Below, piece after piece: positions 25,873-38,790 of a stretch of DNA of 64,000 nucleotides. The translations under genes and the position numbers were made by a program. Source of the DNA: Octopus sinensis (Eukaryota); NCBI RefSeq assembly GCF_006345805.1, contig NC_043010.1, positions 38,068,001 through 38,132,000 of the forward strand, given 5' to 3'. The notes under the pieces are model-generated. The model was not told the origin of the DNA. It did not search any database and saw only the letters and a list, made by a program, of their open reading frames with translations. Within the stretch, counting starts at the first letter, position 1; each line of letters starts with the position of its first letter.

Positions 25873-27700
25873 GCACAACAGCTTCCACAAGGATATGTGT
25901 TACATCAAAAATTCTTGGTTGGGGATGCAAATCCTCTCATTCACGTACGACATAATGCGGCAGCAGCATAGAGTTGAAGCGTCCATCTCTTTCTTCTCTC
26001 AATGTAGAATGAGGAAAACTGGATGTTGAGGTAATGTAAATAAATAAATACATATATAGAGGTGAAGATGGAGGGGCGAGAGTTCGGGACGAGGGATAAA
26101 AAATGTATAAAAAGTGTAAGTATAGAATATATAAAAATGTAGAGGATAAAGGGTTGTAAGTAGATGTAAAGGGGGTATAAAGAAATATAAAGTAAAAATA
26201 GAAATAGAAATAAAAGTAAAAAAACTGATAAAAACATGATAAAAGTGTAAAAGAATGTAAAGATAAGGGATGTATAGAGGTTATGGACCAAGCATGGTGG
26301 TCAGGAGATTGATAAAATTTAGTTGTAGAATTGTCAGTACATCAACAGTTCGTCTGGGGACTTAATGCGTTGTAAATCAGAGCTGATGAGCATTAATCTG
26401 GTTCCTTGAATTAAATGGACTTCTAGTACATACATATCATCATGGATATATACACCCACATACACGCGTACATATACGCCTCCAAGCCTATAAGCATACA
26501 CACGCACTCGCGTGTAAACACGTACATAAACACACACGCACCCACACGCACGCGCGTACACACACATACATACAACAGAATATCCGCATATATACACGGA
26601 CATTACGCGCGTACACGCTCACATGTATATACGCGCGCCCATCACTACATACACACACGTATATGCCCACGCCTCTAGGTCCAGGTATAAGATATTAAAG
26701 GATGTGTATAAGAACGTATGTAAAGAATCCCGTACTCATGTCAATACGCGCACGCACACACGGCTGTGTGTCCGTATGTGCGTGCACATATACACTCATA
26801 TACACACACAGAGACACACGCGCACATGGGTATAGCTATAAGATATCGAAGTATGCATGTACATATATGCGCGTGCATATGTATGTATGCGTATACACAC
26901 GTACGCGGACGCTCGTATATTCAAAAGGTGGATCCATAGGTAAGTAAATAAACATATATAGAAGTGTAAACGATAAGTTAGGGGTATGGATGAGGGTAAG
27001 GGTAAAGATTAGAAATAAAAAATACAGTATAAAATAAGAAATACAATGTAATAGTTAGAAATGAAGTATAAGAATTATAAAAATTATAAGAGTTAAGGTA
27101 AGGGATGAAAATGAAAATGAGAATAAATGGAAGTAGAATAAAAGTAAAAATAAAATTAAAAATAAAAATAAAAATAAATGGAAGTAGGATAAAAGTAAAA
27201 ATAAAAGTAAAAATAAAAATAAAATAAAATAAGATAAAAATATAATTTTGTAAAGTTTAAAGTTGTGTGTTAAACGTAGGGGCGGGCGGGGGGAACTGAA
27301 AATTGGAAGGGTGGGAAGTGGAGTTTGGCGGTGTGCGTTCAACATCTGAGTTAGAAATGTGAAAGGGTATAGATATAGGGGATTAAAGAGACTACATAGG
27401 GAGGATATGGGTGTAGGAGAAGAAATATTTAGGGAAAAGAAGTCATATATGGGAGACAAAATTTGTATATATAGGGGGAAAATGCAGGGAACCCTATATG
27501 CACGTACACACACCCACACACACACACACACGCACATGTACATATATATGTATATGTACACATACGTACACGTATGTGCACATACATACGCACACACACA
27601 CACATACACATATACACGCACATATAGGAAAGCGGGATGTGCTGGAGCCGACAGGTTGCACCGGGTGGGAGGAAATTGCATGGGGGAGTTGGTATAAGAC

Positions 27701-27853
27701 CTAAGCATTGTAGTATTTGAAAGTATTAATAAGTTTATGTATACAGGATGGTTTGAACTCTGACCTTTTGTTAATAAGATTGTGTTTGTCTTTGAATTTC
27801 AAGATGTTAAGGAGTTCTACACAGCATAGTTGGCATCCTGCTCTATTATTTAA
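27701..27853 (-). pseudogene. C-terminal fragment of a Penelope-like GIY-YIG endonuclease
   Basis: Translates ...NNRAGCQLCCVELLNILKFKDKHNLINKRSEFKPSCIHKLINTFKYYNA-stop, matching the CxxCxxE...LNKRSE...CxH pattern I recognise from C-terminal-endonuclease PLEs. The GIY and YIG motifs and the RT are not present. Confidence 0.6.
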
Positions 27854-28124
27854 ATATAAGAAAAAGGGACAGGCAAACAGGTTGCTTGACCGCATACCGA
27901 AAAAATAGAAATAGCAGTCAAGAATGCTTATTTCTATCAAAGTTGGACTCCGGGCATGACAAACCCTGTAATTCACATATCTATTCCTTCTGTTTTGCAT
28001 ATGTGAATTACAGGGTTTGTCATGCCCGGAGTCCAACTTTGATAGAAATAAGCATTCTTGACTGCTATTTCTATTTTTTCGGTATGCGGTCAAGCAACCT
28101 GTTTGCCTGTCCCTTTTCTTATAT
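27854..28124. repeat. Near-perfect palindrome, 127/126-bp arms with an 18-nt spacer
   Basis: 27854-27980 is the reverse complement of 27999-28124 apart from one A in a homopolymer run. The spacer is CTATTCCTTCTGTTTTGC. Confidence 0.95.
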
Positions 28125-28250
28125 ACAATATATATACTGAACTTTACAGAAGTTCCTGCCGGTAATCGGCTATATTTACATACCGAATTCTACCAGTAAA
28201 TAATTGGGGTTTTTTTAAAAGCCTTTATAGAAATTATTTACTCTTATTAT

Positions 28251-28395
<145 letters not shown>

Positions 28396-28460
28396 TTGAT
28401 AGAAATGGTAAGACAACAAACGAATGAAAGAGACCTCGATACTATGTAAATAGAGGAATT

Positions 28461-28562
28461 TATCTGTAAACGTATATGTGACAATTATTCGGTAGCCGCC
28501 CCGACATCCGAAACTCGACGTTTTATCATGGCTACCGAATAATTGCGACATATTACATTTAC

Positions 28563-28567
<5 letters not shown>
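28461..28567. repeat. Imperfect inverted repeat of about 37 bp containing a half-hammerhead-like GAAAC-TCGAC-GTT
   Basis: ATCTGTAAACGTATATGTGACAATTATTCGGTAGCC versus GGCTACCGAATAATTGCGACATATTACATTTACAGAT, located between (TAGA)n and (TA)n. Confidence 0.7.
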
Positions 28568-28610
<43 letters not shown>

Positions 28611-28865
28611 TATTGATACGCATATGAGAGACAGTTTTGTGCCATTCATACCATGGGCTCCTAGAGAGCGTTTGTCGAAAAGCTTGCTGCGCATTTTGTT
28701 GGAGATTAAGTTCCTGGATTTTCCTGAAGAGAAAGCTACAAAATGGTCTCCTTATTCAATCTGAATTAGGGACTTTGCAGCCTTTGAAACATATGTAGAA
28801 AATAATAAAATGGAATTTTGTAAAATCTTCGTTCAGCTCCATTTCTTCCCTCACTAAATATATAA

Positions 28866-28910
<45 letters not shown>

Positions 28911-28942
28911 ATATAATATATATATAATATATATATATATAT

Positions 28943-29869
28943 ACTAGCAAATCTACCCATCTACGATGACGGCATTGAATGAGGGCGCGATGTCCTAACA
29001 GCAGTACGTATTAAGAAATGTGTAAATGGACTTGATAGATTACTGGGTGATATCTTAGAGAAATTACATTATTGTTGGTGATACAGCATTCTATTGCAAC
29101 TATATGACGTGTTTGTGACCAAGTGACATGTGATGACGATTCAGTCCCGAACTAAAATAGGCTCCCAGCCTCTGTATCATGAATGGTTATGTGGACCACT
29201 CCTAACGAAAGCCAGACCTTCCTTCGACCACTATTAAGGAAAAAATGTTATTTTGATATACTTTTATTTTAGTTATTTATAATATTTTACGCTTAATTAT
29301 ACTTTTATACATTCAAAGTTCACAAATTTCCTTATTTAAATTATGAATCCTTTTCCTTTCGATAATATCAATGATTACAAAACGTCTTTGTAGACGATAT
29401 TTTCTGTTTGATCGACACTAATTTTCAAATTACTGGAGTCCGTTGCTCTACTCATAGCGACGTATAACTGGCCATGTGTAAATATCGGAGTGGATAAAAA
29501 ATAAACCGATACGATCTAAAGTCTGGCCCTGTGCTTTGTTTGCTGTGAATGCGCGAGCGGTATCATTAGTAATCTACCCATCTACGATGGGAAATAAAAG
29601 AACAGTATCGCAAATCTAAACCTTCTAAATTCACAAACTATACGGGTGGGGGTCCAGAGTTAATCCTCATCGCTGGAATTTTAAGAAAAAAAGTCAAATG
29701 TGATTTATTAATGCAAGACTCAATATCCGCTAAATAATCATACTTTTTCACAGTTTTTCCTGATTACTTCTTTCGTAATCCCGAAACACATCGAGACCAT
29801 TAGTGCAGCCATTTGACCGTGAAGAAGGTACAGATAGACAGACTGACATAACACCCATTATAGTAAGAT
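28943..29869 (+). mobile_element. Non-autonomous Helitron/Helentron-like element
   Basis: It starts ACTAGCAAATCTACCCATCTACGATG, and this motif is repeated at about 29567 with the hairpin CCCATC-TAC-GATGGG. It ends CAGATAGACAGAC...TTATAGTAAGAT. The architecture is the same as at 60442 and 62598. Confidence 0.55.
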
Positions 29870-30932
29870 CTTGGATAAAACTGTCCCTCTTATAGGGACA
29901 GTTTTATCCAAGGATACCCTGGTTTAATATATTATATTTTGAAGAGATATTTCTTCAATAAATATTTTAAAAATCATCAGATATTATTAATAAGTTTGAA
30001 AATGGAGAGATTCAGTTGATATAAATTAATTTATCAACAATTTAACATTGCCTACAATTGTTTCACTTCGCACCCAATTCAAATGATAAAACATATATAA
30101 TAATACAGTTTTCATTTTGAGTATCCTGGGAGGAAGATTTTATGGGGAAGATGGACATTACAGAGTTTACATTTTGATCAATAGGAATATTCCAACAGAT
30201 TAAGCAGATGTGTGTGTGTGTGTGTGCGTGTGTGCGTGTGTGTGCGTGTGTGCGTGTGTGTGCGTGCATGCGCATCCGTTGATATTTTTATTTTTATTTA
30301 AATACAATAATAGTAATAATGATAATAATAATGAATTATATAAGTATATAAGAATAAAAATAAAGTATAAAAATAAGATTAATAATAAATAATAAAATAA
30401 TGAAATATTACAATAATAAAAATAAATGAAATAAAATAATAGATTTTTTTACAAAACATGGATGTCGATGGTCCATTTTGGTTTATGTCTGAGTGTATGT
30501 TCGTGTGTTTATGTGTGTGCTCAAAGGAGCTCTCCGTCGGTTACGACGTCCAGGGTCCCAGCTGATACAATCAACGGAACAGCCTGCTCGTGAAATTAAC
30601 GTGTTAGTGGCTGAGCACTCCACAGACACGTGTACCCCCTCATGTAGTTCTCAGGGAGATTCAGCGTGACACAGAGTGTGACAAGACTGGCCCTTCGAAA
30701 TACAGGTACTACTCATTTTGCCAGCTGAGTGGACTGGAGCAACGTGAAATAAAGTGTGCCTTGCTCAAGGACACAACCACTAAGTCACGCGCCTTCGCGT
30801 TTGTATGTGTGTTCATATGTGTATAGACGTATGTTTACTGTTAATTTATATGTACGAATGTGTGTATGTGTGTCAGCATAAGGTTATTGAATACAAGTAT
30901 GGATGTCATCCTTTATGCATGAGTGTGAGTGT

Positions 30933-30980
<48 letters not shown>

Positions 30981-31656
30981 TGTGTGTGCGCGTGTGTGTG
31001 TATGTGTATGTGTGTATGTGTGTGTGCGTGCGTTTATAGATCCTTATTGCTTAAGTTGCTTTATTAGTTATGGAAATATTCGATAACTTTTTACTAATAT
31101 ACATAAACACTTATGTATGATCGTGTGTGTGTGTGTGTGTGTGGTGTGTAGATTTTTACTGTTCATGTTGATTTATGTGTGCATAAGCGTGTATGCATGT
31201 TAGTAACGTGATATGAAGTCAAATTAGTTTGTTAACGTACATATATAATCCCTTATATGCTTGTATCTAATTCATGAAAAAGTCAATCGTAAAAGTCAGT
31301 CATAATTATTATAATATGAAACAGTAAGATAATTGGTAAAGTAATTATCTCTTATTCTGTATAACATTACAGATTTAAGTGTGTGTGAGGGAGAACATTT
31401 ATGCATACGGGCTTACGTTGCACGCATTTAAGATTAGTACGTAATTATATTAAGTGTATTACGTCATCAAATTAGTGTTATCGATAGATTTATATCTTCA
31501 TTTCAAATAAAATGTATTATATTACCTGATTAAGTAATAAATATCAATATTCAATATCATTAAGTTGATGCTTAAGTATTATATTATACATGTAGTATAT
31601 ATTATTTATACCTATATTATTTTTATCCTATGTTTGATTTGTAAATTATGTTCTAC

Positions 31657-32051
31657 TTATATTATACTCACACACACACACACACCACACATTTCTATAG
31701 ATGATTTGCTTTGTTGATATCCAGGATAGAGACGTCCCAAGTTACAGGCTTGAATAATTGAATAATTGTTGAGTGATATCTCTGCCAGCATGAAACTAAT
31801 GATAGTCTGTTAAGGAAAAGAATAAGAACACGAAAAACAAAATTATATTATACTCACACACACACACACACACACACACATTCTATAGATGATTTGCTTT
31901 GTTGATATCCAGGATAGAGACGTCCCAAGTTACAGGCTTGAATAATTGAATAATTGTTGAGTGATATCTCTCCCAGCATGAAACTAATGGTAGTCTGTTA
32001 AGGAAAAGAATAAGAACACGAAAAACAAAATTCTTATTCTTTTCCTTAACA
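31657..32051. repeat. Tandem duplication of about 186 bp ending in a 21-bp perfect inverted repeat
   Basis: Units start at 31657 and 31843. TGTTAAGGAAAAGAATAAGAA (31996-32016) pairs with 32031-32051. Confidence 0.9.
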
Positions 32052-32224
32052 AGTTCAGACATTTATCTATTCCCATATATTATTTCTCCACGAATATGCT
32101 TTCCATTTTTTCTCTAACTCTGTGTTTTTCAGTCAATTTTGATTGAATCTCTTGCAAGTTAACATAGGATCCCTTGACGATAATGTAACCTTCATTTGAT
32201 TAAGGTATCTTTGGTCCGACAAGT

Positions 32225-32603
32225 GGAGGCGCAATGGCCCAGTGGTTAGGGTAGCGGACTCGCGGTCATAGGATCGCGGTTTCGATTCCCAGACCGGGCG
32301 TTGTGAGTGTTTATTGAGCGAAAACACCTAAAAGCTCCACGAGGCTCCGGCAGGGGATGGTGGTGATCCCTGCTGTACTCTTTCACCACAACTTTCTCTC
32401 ACTCTTACTTCCTGTTTCTGTTGTACCTGTATTTCAAGGGGCCGGCCTTGTCACTCTCTGTGTCACGCTGAATATCACCGAGAACTACGTTAAGGGTGCA
32501 CGTGTCTGTGGAGTGCTCAGCCACTTACACATTAATTTCACGAGCAGGCTGTTCCGTTGATTCGGATCAACCGGAACCCTCATCGTCGTAACCGACGGAG
32601 TGC
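32225..32603 (+). mobile_element. tRNA-derived SINE, family C (GGAGGCGCAATGGCCCAGTGG head)
   Basis: A box TGGCCCAGTGG and B box GGTTTCGATTCC. Near-identical copy at 56400-56773, and related copies at 37596-37790, 39315-39600 and 34012-34304(-). Confidence 0.9.
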
Positions 32604-33086
32604 TTTCCCCCCTTTGGTCCAACGAGTAGCGAGCGGATTACTCCTCGTTTAGGTAATTATTACATATGAAATATATTTAACCTGGATTTTATCCGATCCA
32701 TTCTCTATCTTTGGATTTTAATCCGCAAACACAGCAACTCCAGCTGCTAATCGTGAACTGTAATATGACTGTTTTCCAGTTTATCGAACTTCGAAATGGG
32801 AAAAATTTACAACCTTCTAAGTCAATAAGCCATTATTGTTCATGGAAGTTGTTTTTTCATACCTTCTACGGACTGCTCGAAGTTTACTAACTTCCTACAC
32901 TTTGATCCTTGGATCTTACCTTTGCATATGTGTGTGTGTGTGTGTTGTGTGTGTGTGTGTTGTATTGAATGTAAATGTGTGTGTGTATGCGTGTCGGTCC
33001 GTCGGTGTATGCTTATGATTGCATTTATGCGTGCGCACACGTCATATACTCCTGCACACATACAAAACTGTGCATATACACACATC

Positions 33087-33118
<32 letters not shown>

Positions 33119-33239
33119 AACCCACAGGTTGCCATAGAATAACCAACACTATGTGGTATATAATTTAAACGACAGCAACGTTTTATCTGAACAAGTTTGG
33201 TGTTACACCTCCGGTTATTTCCAATGAGAGTAGAAGCAC

Positions 33240-33308
<69 letters not shown>

Positions 33309-33620
33309 TAGGCTGACAGACAGGCAGGTAGGCGGGCAGGCAGGCAGATGGACGGACAGGTAAAGCAAGTAGACGAAGAAAATAAACAATACGTAGATTT
33401 CTTATTTATCATCCGGACGAAGTTATTATCGACTATGCTTTTAAAACTGACCTTACAGTTATCTCTCTTTCGGCCTGTTCACACGTGTCTGATATGTTTG
33501 TGTGTAGGTGTTTGTATATGCACACACATACACATGCATATAGGTATGTATAAGTGTGTATATATATACATATAAGCGTGTGTGTGTGTTTGTACGTATG
33601 TGTTTGCTTGTGTGTGTGTG

Positions 33621-33653
<33 letters not shown>

Positions 33654-33972
33654 TGGCTTAATGGTTAGGATATTCGACGCGCGATCGTAGGGTCGCCAGT
33701 TCGATTCCCGGCCGTGCGTTGTGTCCTTGAACAAGACACTTTATTTCACGTTACTCCATTCCACTCCGCTGGCAAAAATGAGTTGTACCTGTATTTCAAA
33801 GGACCGGCCTTGTCACACTCTGTGTCACACTGAATCTCCCTGAGAAGTATTTGAAGGGGTACTCATGTCTGTGGAATGCTCAGTTATTTGCACGTTAATC
33901 TCACGAGTAAGGTGTCTCGTTGATCGGATCAACTGGAACCCTCGTCGTCGTAAGCGATGGAGTGCCAGTTAT

Positions 33973-34005
<33 letters not shown>

Positions 34006-34765
34006 GTGTGTATCACCGTGACCGACCAGGCTATCAGATGTTACTACACATCGCTGGTCACAATGTGCTTCGCATGTTTTAGTCTTCAAATGGCACTGGC
34101 TAAGCGATCAGACCAACAGAGGAAAGAGTGAGAGAAAGTTGTGGCGAAAGAGTACAGCAGGGATCGCCACCAACCCCTGCCGGAGCCTCGTAGTGTTTTA
34201 GGTGTTTCCGCTCAATAAACACTCACAACGCCTGGTTTGGGAATCGAAACCATGATCCTACGACCGCGAGTTCGCTACCCTAATAACTGGGCAATTGCAC
34301 CTCCACACACACACACACACACACACACAATCACTTATATATATAGGTATGTAAATATCTATGTACGTATACAAACGTACTTGTAAATATATATACAGAC
34401 ACAAAGTTATACAGTTATACGCTCATACATACTATATACGTGCATCTGTATACCAAAACCGCGCAGCAAAATCGATCCTGAATGTAATAGTTACAATTTG
34501 AAATTCCTAAACATATAATCATGCATAGAGATCAGGTAAAACGAATAAGATCCGGTAAAGTACAAACAAGAACACTGACCTGAAGATCACGGTGGTTTCA
34601 GTACATTGACCACAGACTCGCTAGTTTCTTTGTGTCAGTCGGTTTATAGGAAAATGTTACTAGATAATGGTACAGCGAAGACAGGGCGATAAAAGGGATT
34701 GATTGATTGACTGATTGATTGATAGAGGGGGAGAGGAAGAGAGAAATATAGATAAGGGGAGACAT

Positions 34766-35165
34766 AGGAGTGGCTGTGTGGTAAGTAGCTTACCAACCAC
34801 ATGGTTCCAGGTTCAGTCCCACTGCGTGGCACCTCGGGCAAGTGTCTTCTACTATAGCTTTGGGCCGACCAAAGCCTTGTGAGTGGATTTGGTAGACGGA
34901 AATTGAAGAGAAGCCCGTCGTATATATGTATATATATATATGTATGTGTGTGTATATGTTTGTGTGTCTGTGTTTGTTCCCCAACATCGCTTGACAACCG
35001 ATGCTGGTGTGTTTACGTCCCCGTAAGTTAGCGGTTCGGCAAAAGAGACCGATAGTATAAATACTAGGCTTACAACGAATAAGTCCCGGGGTCGATTTGC
35101 TCGACTAAAGGCGGTGCTCTAGCATGGCCGCAGCCAAATGACTGAAACAAGTAAAAGAGTAAAGA
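34766..35165 (+). mobile_element. SINE family B, full length
   Basis: Runs from the AGGAGTGGCTGTGTGGTAAG head through the internal (TA)(TG) tract to the GACTGAAACAAGTAAAAGAG tail. Confidence 0.9.
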
Positions 35166-35251
35166 ATAATAGAGTAAATCTCGCATAGTATATGCCACAC
35201 GCATAAACAGCATCTACTTATACATGATTCAATTCGTATGTTGCATATATA

Positions 35252-35653
35252 TTCTTTTACTCTTTTACTTGTTTCAGTCATTTGACTGCGGCCATGCTGG
35301 AGCACCGCCTTTAGTTGAGCAATTCGACCCCGGGACTTATTCTTTGTAAGCCCAGTACTTATTCTATCGGTCTCTTTTTGCCGAACCGCTAAGTGACGGG
35401 GACGTAAACACACCAGCATCGGTTGTTAAGCAATGCTAGGGAGACAAACACATACACACACATACATATAAATATATATATACATATATACGACAGGCTT
35501 CTTTCAGTTTCCGTCTACCAAATCCACTCACAAGGCATTGGTCGGCCCGGGGCTATAGCAGAAGACACTTGCCCAAGATGCCACGCAGTGGAACTGAACC
35601 CGGAACCATGTGGTTGGTTAGCAAGCTACTTACCACACAGCCACTCCTGCGCC
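35252..35653 (-). mobile_element. SINE family B, full length, inverted relative to 34766-35165
   Basis: Reverse complement of the same family, separated from the + copy by about 87 bp. Confidence 0.9.
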
Positions 35654-38143
35654 TATATTGTGTAATGTCCATTATATTTGACCGTTTCTACCATGTGTTA
35701 TCTTCCATCACGTATTATCTCTTATCTTGTATCATTATCTTTCACGTTCTCCACTTCACCACCCGTCCCAACATTCATGCTGATCCTTTCACATCGTAAC
35801 CATGATCTACTTAAACATAGCTGACACTAGACTTCCGGTTGTCTGACTTTATACCAAATCATTGAATTTATAGAACCCAAGGCACTTCAAAGACACGGCA
35901 TTGTAGAAGCTTTCAGCATGGATCTTCTTAATTTTGTCAAGTCTTCTCTTAAAATTCATTCAACAAGAAAAGTGAACAATGCATGAAGCGTCTTTATCCA
36001 ATTTTCCCTGCATTTTCGCCAACGAAAGCAATTACCCCCCAGGAAACAGAAAGTGGTTATTGTTGCTTCAACAGCCTTTGGTTTATTATACTTAACAATT
36101 TCTCTTATATGCTCCATTATAAAGAAAATAGGATCTGTTATTGAACGTATTTGTATACCAAGTCCTCTCTGCACTTCTTACTTGTGGAAACTGAATGTGC
36201 TTGTGTAACGGTATATGTATTGCTTCCCAACCACATGGTTCCGGGTTCAGTCTCACTGCATGGTATCTTGGCCAAGTGTCTTCTACTAGAGCGACGGGTC
36301 GACCAAAGCCTTGGGAGTGGATTTGGTTGACAGAAATTGAAAGAAGCCCCTCGTGTATGTGTGTTTGTCCCCCACTACCATTTGAGAATAGGTCTTGATG
36401 TGTTTACGTCGTCGTAAATCAGCAGTTCGTAGGAGAGATCGATAAAAGTACGAAACTTTAAAAAATGTAATGGGGTCGATTCATACGACTGAAAATTCTT
36501 CAAGGTGGAGCCACAACATGGCCGTAGTTTAATGATTGAAAGAAGTCAAGGATAAAAGATGACCGTAGACAAGATTCGAAACACGTAACTATCGCTTCTG
36601 AAGTCACTGCTCTAACTTTTAGACTACACAATGCCGACTGTTTCCTCTTCAAGCAATAATCGTCTTGTCGATATAAAGTAATACGGTTAAAGTAATACAA
36701 TTAAAGCAATTCGTGGTACCTAATTAGAGAAGACAAATTAGCTGGAGTTCTGACAAGGCAAGGGATACATATGTGGTTCGTGCTCAGTAACTGCTGCGAA
36801 TACTCAGTATCTGCTGCGTGTGTTTATAATGTTTAATATCCTTTACATAATTTGCTTACAGTTGACTCATAATCTGACGCTAGATATTATAAATTAATCT
36901 TTCACAAAACTTCAAATTTGAATCTCTGGTTAAGTTAAGATGCCTATATGCAATGGAAACTGCAAGTAAGTGGAAGAAGACTTCAGGCACTTTGAAGCCA
37001 TTTTTACAGAATTAAATCGTGTGATGAAATGTTTAATTTGAAATATGCTATATTTTTCAACGCATTTCAATGATTTTAATAATCTACTCACAAGAGAGGG
37101 AGAGAGAGAGAAAGAGAGAGAGATACGCACATACATACTGACAGACAGACAGGCAGAGACACAAAGAGAGGTGGGACAGAGGGAGGGAAGGAGGAGAGAC
37201 ACAGAGGGGGAGGAAGAGAGGCAGTGTGAAAGACGAATTGAAAGATACGGGGGTCAAGATTAGAAGATGGAAAATATCAAATTCGGAATCGATTCAAATT
37301 ACTGGCGGAAGAAAGGCGTACTAGCATGATTGAACAAGAGCATAAGTTTTTATTTGCAGCAAATGCCACGTCGTAAATTAAAACGAAAGCGTTAACGTAA
37401 TAGTTATGCCCTTATGAAATATAACTCCATCAACAATAATCACCTTATGGAACAACCGTGAAGATTATTAACGCAGCGATCCCTGCAGAGAAACAGTGCT
37501 GGTTAATAATACACAATCTAGGCAAAAGGCTTTCATTCCACGGATCGAACTCTGTCTAATGATAACTGATTTATTTTTAGTTTTTGTATTGCCTTGGAGG
37601 CGCAATGGCCCCAGTGGTTAGGGCAGCGGGCTCGCAGTCGGAGGATCGCGGTTTCGATTCCCAGACCGGGCGTTTTGTGTGTTTATTGAGCAGATACACA
37701 TAAATGCTCCACGAGGCTCCGCGAGGGGGTGGTGGCAACCCCTGTTGTACTCTTTCGCCACAACTTTCTCTCACTCTCTCTTCGTGTTCCTTGAGTAACG
37801 CTGTGATGAGCTTCGTTGGCGTGTTCAATTCTTGAACATAAAAATAACAGAAAATAACTCTTAAAGTGCAATACATGACAAGAGCATAATGAAGAATATA
37901 GTTTTCAAAGTTATTATTTCCTAAAACCCAAGAGCTAGCCGTTAGCCCCAAATGTTTATAGTCAAGTCACATGTACCATATTTTTTCTGATTGTTTTAGG
38001 AACTTGTGAAGTCACAAGCAGACATAGACTTCGAGTCTTTCACTGTTCGAGCCAACGGCACACCTAGGGTGGGAGAATTAGAAGAAGTGGGGAGAGAGGA
38101 ATAGAGATGGGGAGATAGATAGATAGATAGATAGATAGACAGA

Positions 38144-38187
<44 letters not shown>

Positions 38188-38374
38188 TAGACAAAGGGCT
38201 GTGCCAGCACTCTGCTAGTACTCATTTTCAGTTGACTAGAATGATGCAACATGAAATAAAGTGTCATGCTAAAGGACACAACACACCGCTTGGTCCAGAA
38301 ATCGAGCTCACGACCTTATGACTTTGAGCCGAACGCTCTAACCACTAAGCCACGCGTTTACATTTTCACTACTA

Positions 38375-38790
38375 TAGGGTGGGGCAGAAAGAACGGGCGT
38401 TTTTGAAATGGTTATTACTCAGCCCCAGATGGAGGTACATATGTCTGACAGGTATCATTTGGTCCGTGGTGTTTTAGAATTTTTTTGGTTTTCTTTTTGT
38501 TTTCTTTTTCGGTAAAGCCATGACGCTGTGGACGATAGGACATCACGTGTTTGCCTACGACAGTCACGTGAAGTAAAGCAAGTCTGTCACAGCAATTCAG
38601 CGTATTTTGGCTCCACTTCAACATTCACCGAAATCTGGCTGTTCCCACCCGTAACACAATCTTACGTTGGGTGTATGCACTTCGTACACTAGGTACACTA
38701 ATGAATAGGAAACCGGTGGGGGCGCCACGAGCGGTACGGACCCCGGAAAATGTGCTACGCGTCAAATAAGCTTTCAGAAATGCATCGACG
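38375..38790 (+). mobile_element. 5' fragment of a Tc1/mariner-superfamily transposon (DUF4817-type HTH N-terminus)
   Basis: A TA-TAGGGTGGGGCAGAAAG terminus. From ATG 38520 it reads MTLWTIGHHVFAYDSHVK*SKSVTAIQR/..HFNIHRNLAVPTRNTILRWVYALRTLGTLMNRKPVG/..RTPENV, with a stop and frameshifts. There is no catalytic domain. Confidence 0.8.

Larger units (their letters stand above)
25681..27853 (-). mobile_element. 5'-truncated Penelope-like element remnant (endonuclease C-terminus, long low-complexity 3' region, hammerhead, TA target)
   Basis: A GIY-YIG-type C-terminal motif at 27701-27853, a canonical hammerhead at 25795-25872 on the same strand, and a junction with (TA)n at about 25681. That the two ends belong to one element is inferred. 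Confidence 0.55.

Noticed and set aside
25895-25955. SECIS-like hairpin (AUGA...AA...UGAU) on the minus strand near the hammerhead
   Set aside because: Helix II pairs poorly, the AA is about 16 nt from the core, and no in-frame UGA-containing ORF is available.
27886-28140. 84-aa + strand ORF identical at its start to the 130-aa minus ORF
   Set aside because: It is a mirror product of the palindrome.
32225-32300. tRNA genes at SINE heads
   Set aside because: A and B boxes are present, but there is no complete cloverleaf or acceptor stem, and each head continues into a repeat body.
35900-36180. RT-like remnant (RSITDPIFFI...YNKP, minus strand)
   Set aside because: A single weak motif with no downstream DxxKAFD, QG or YADD.
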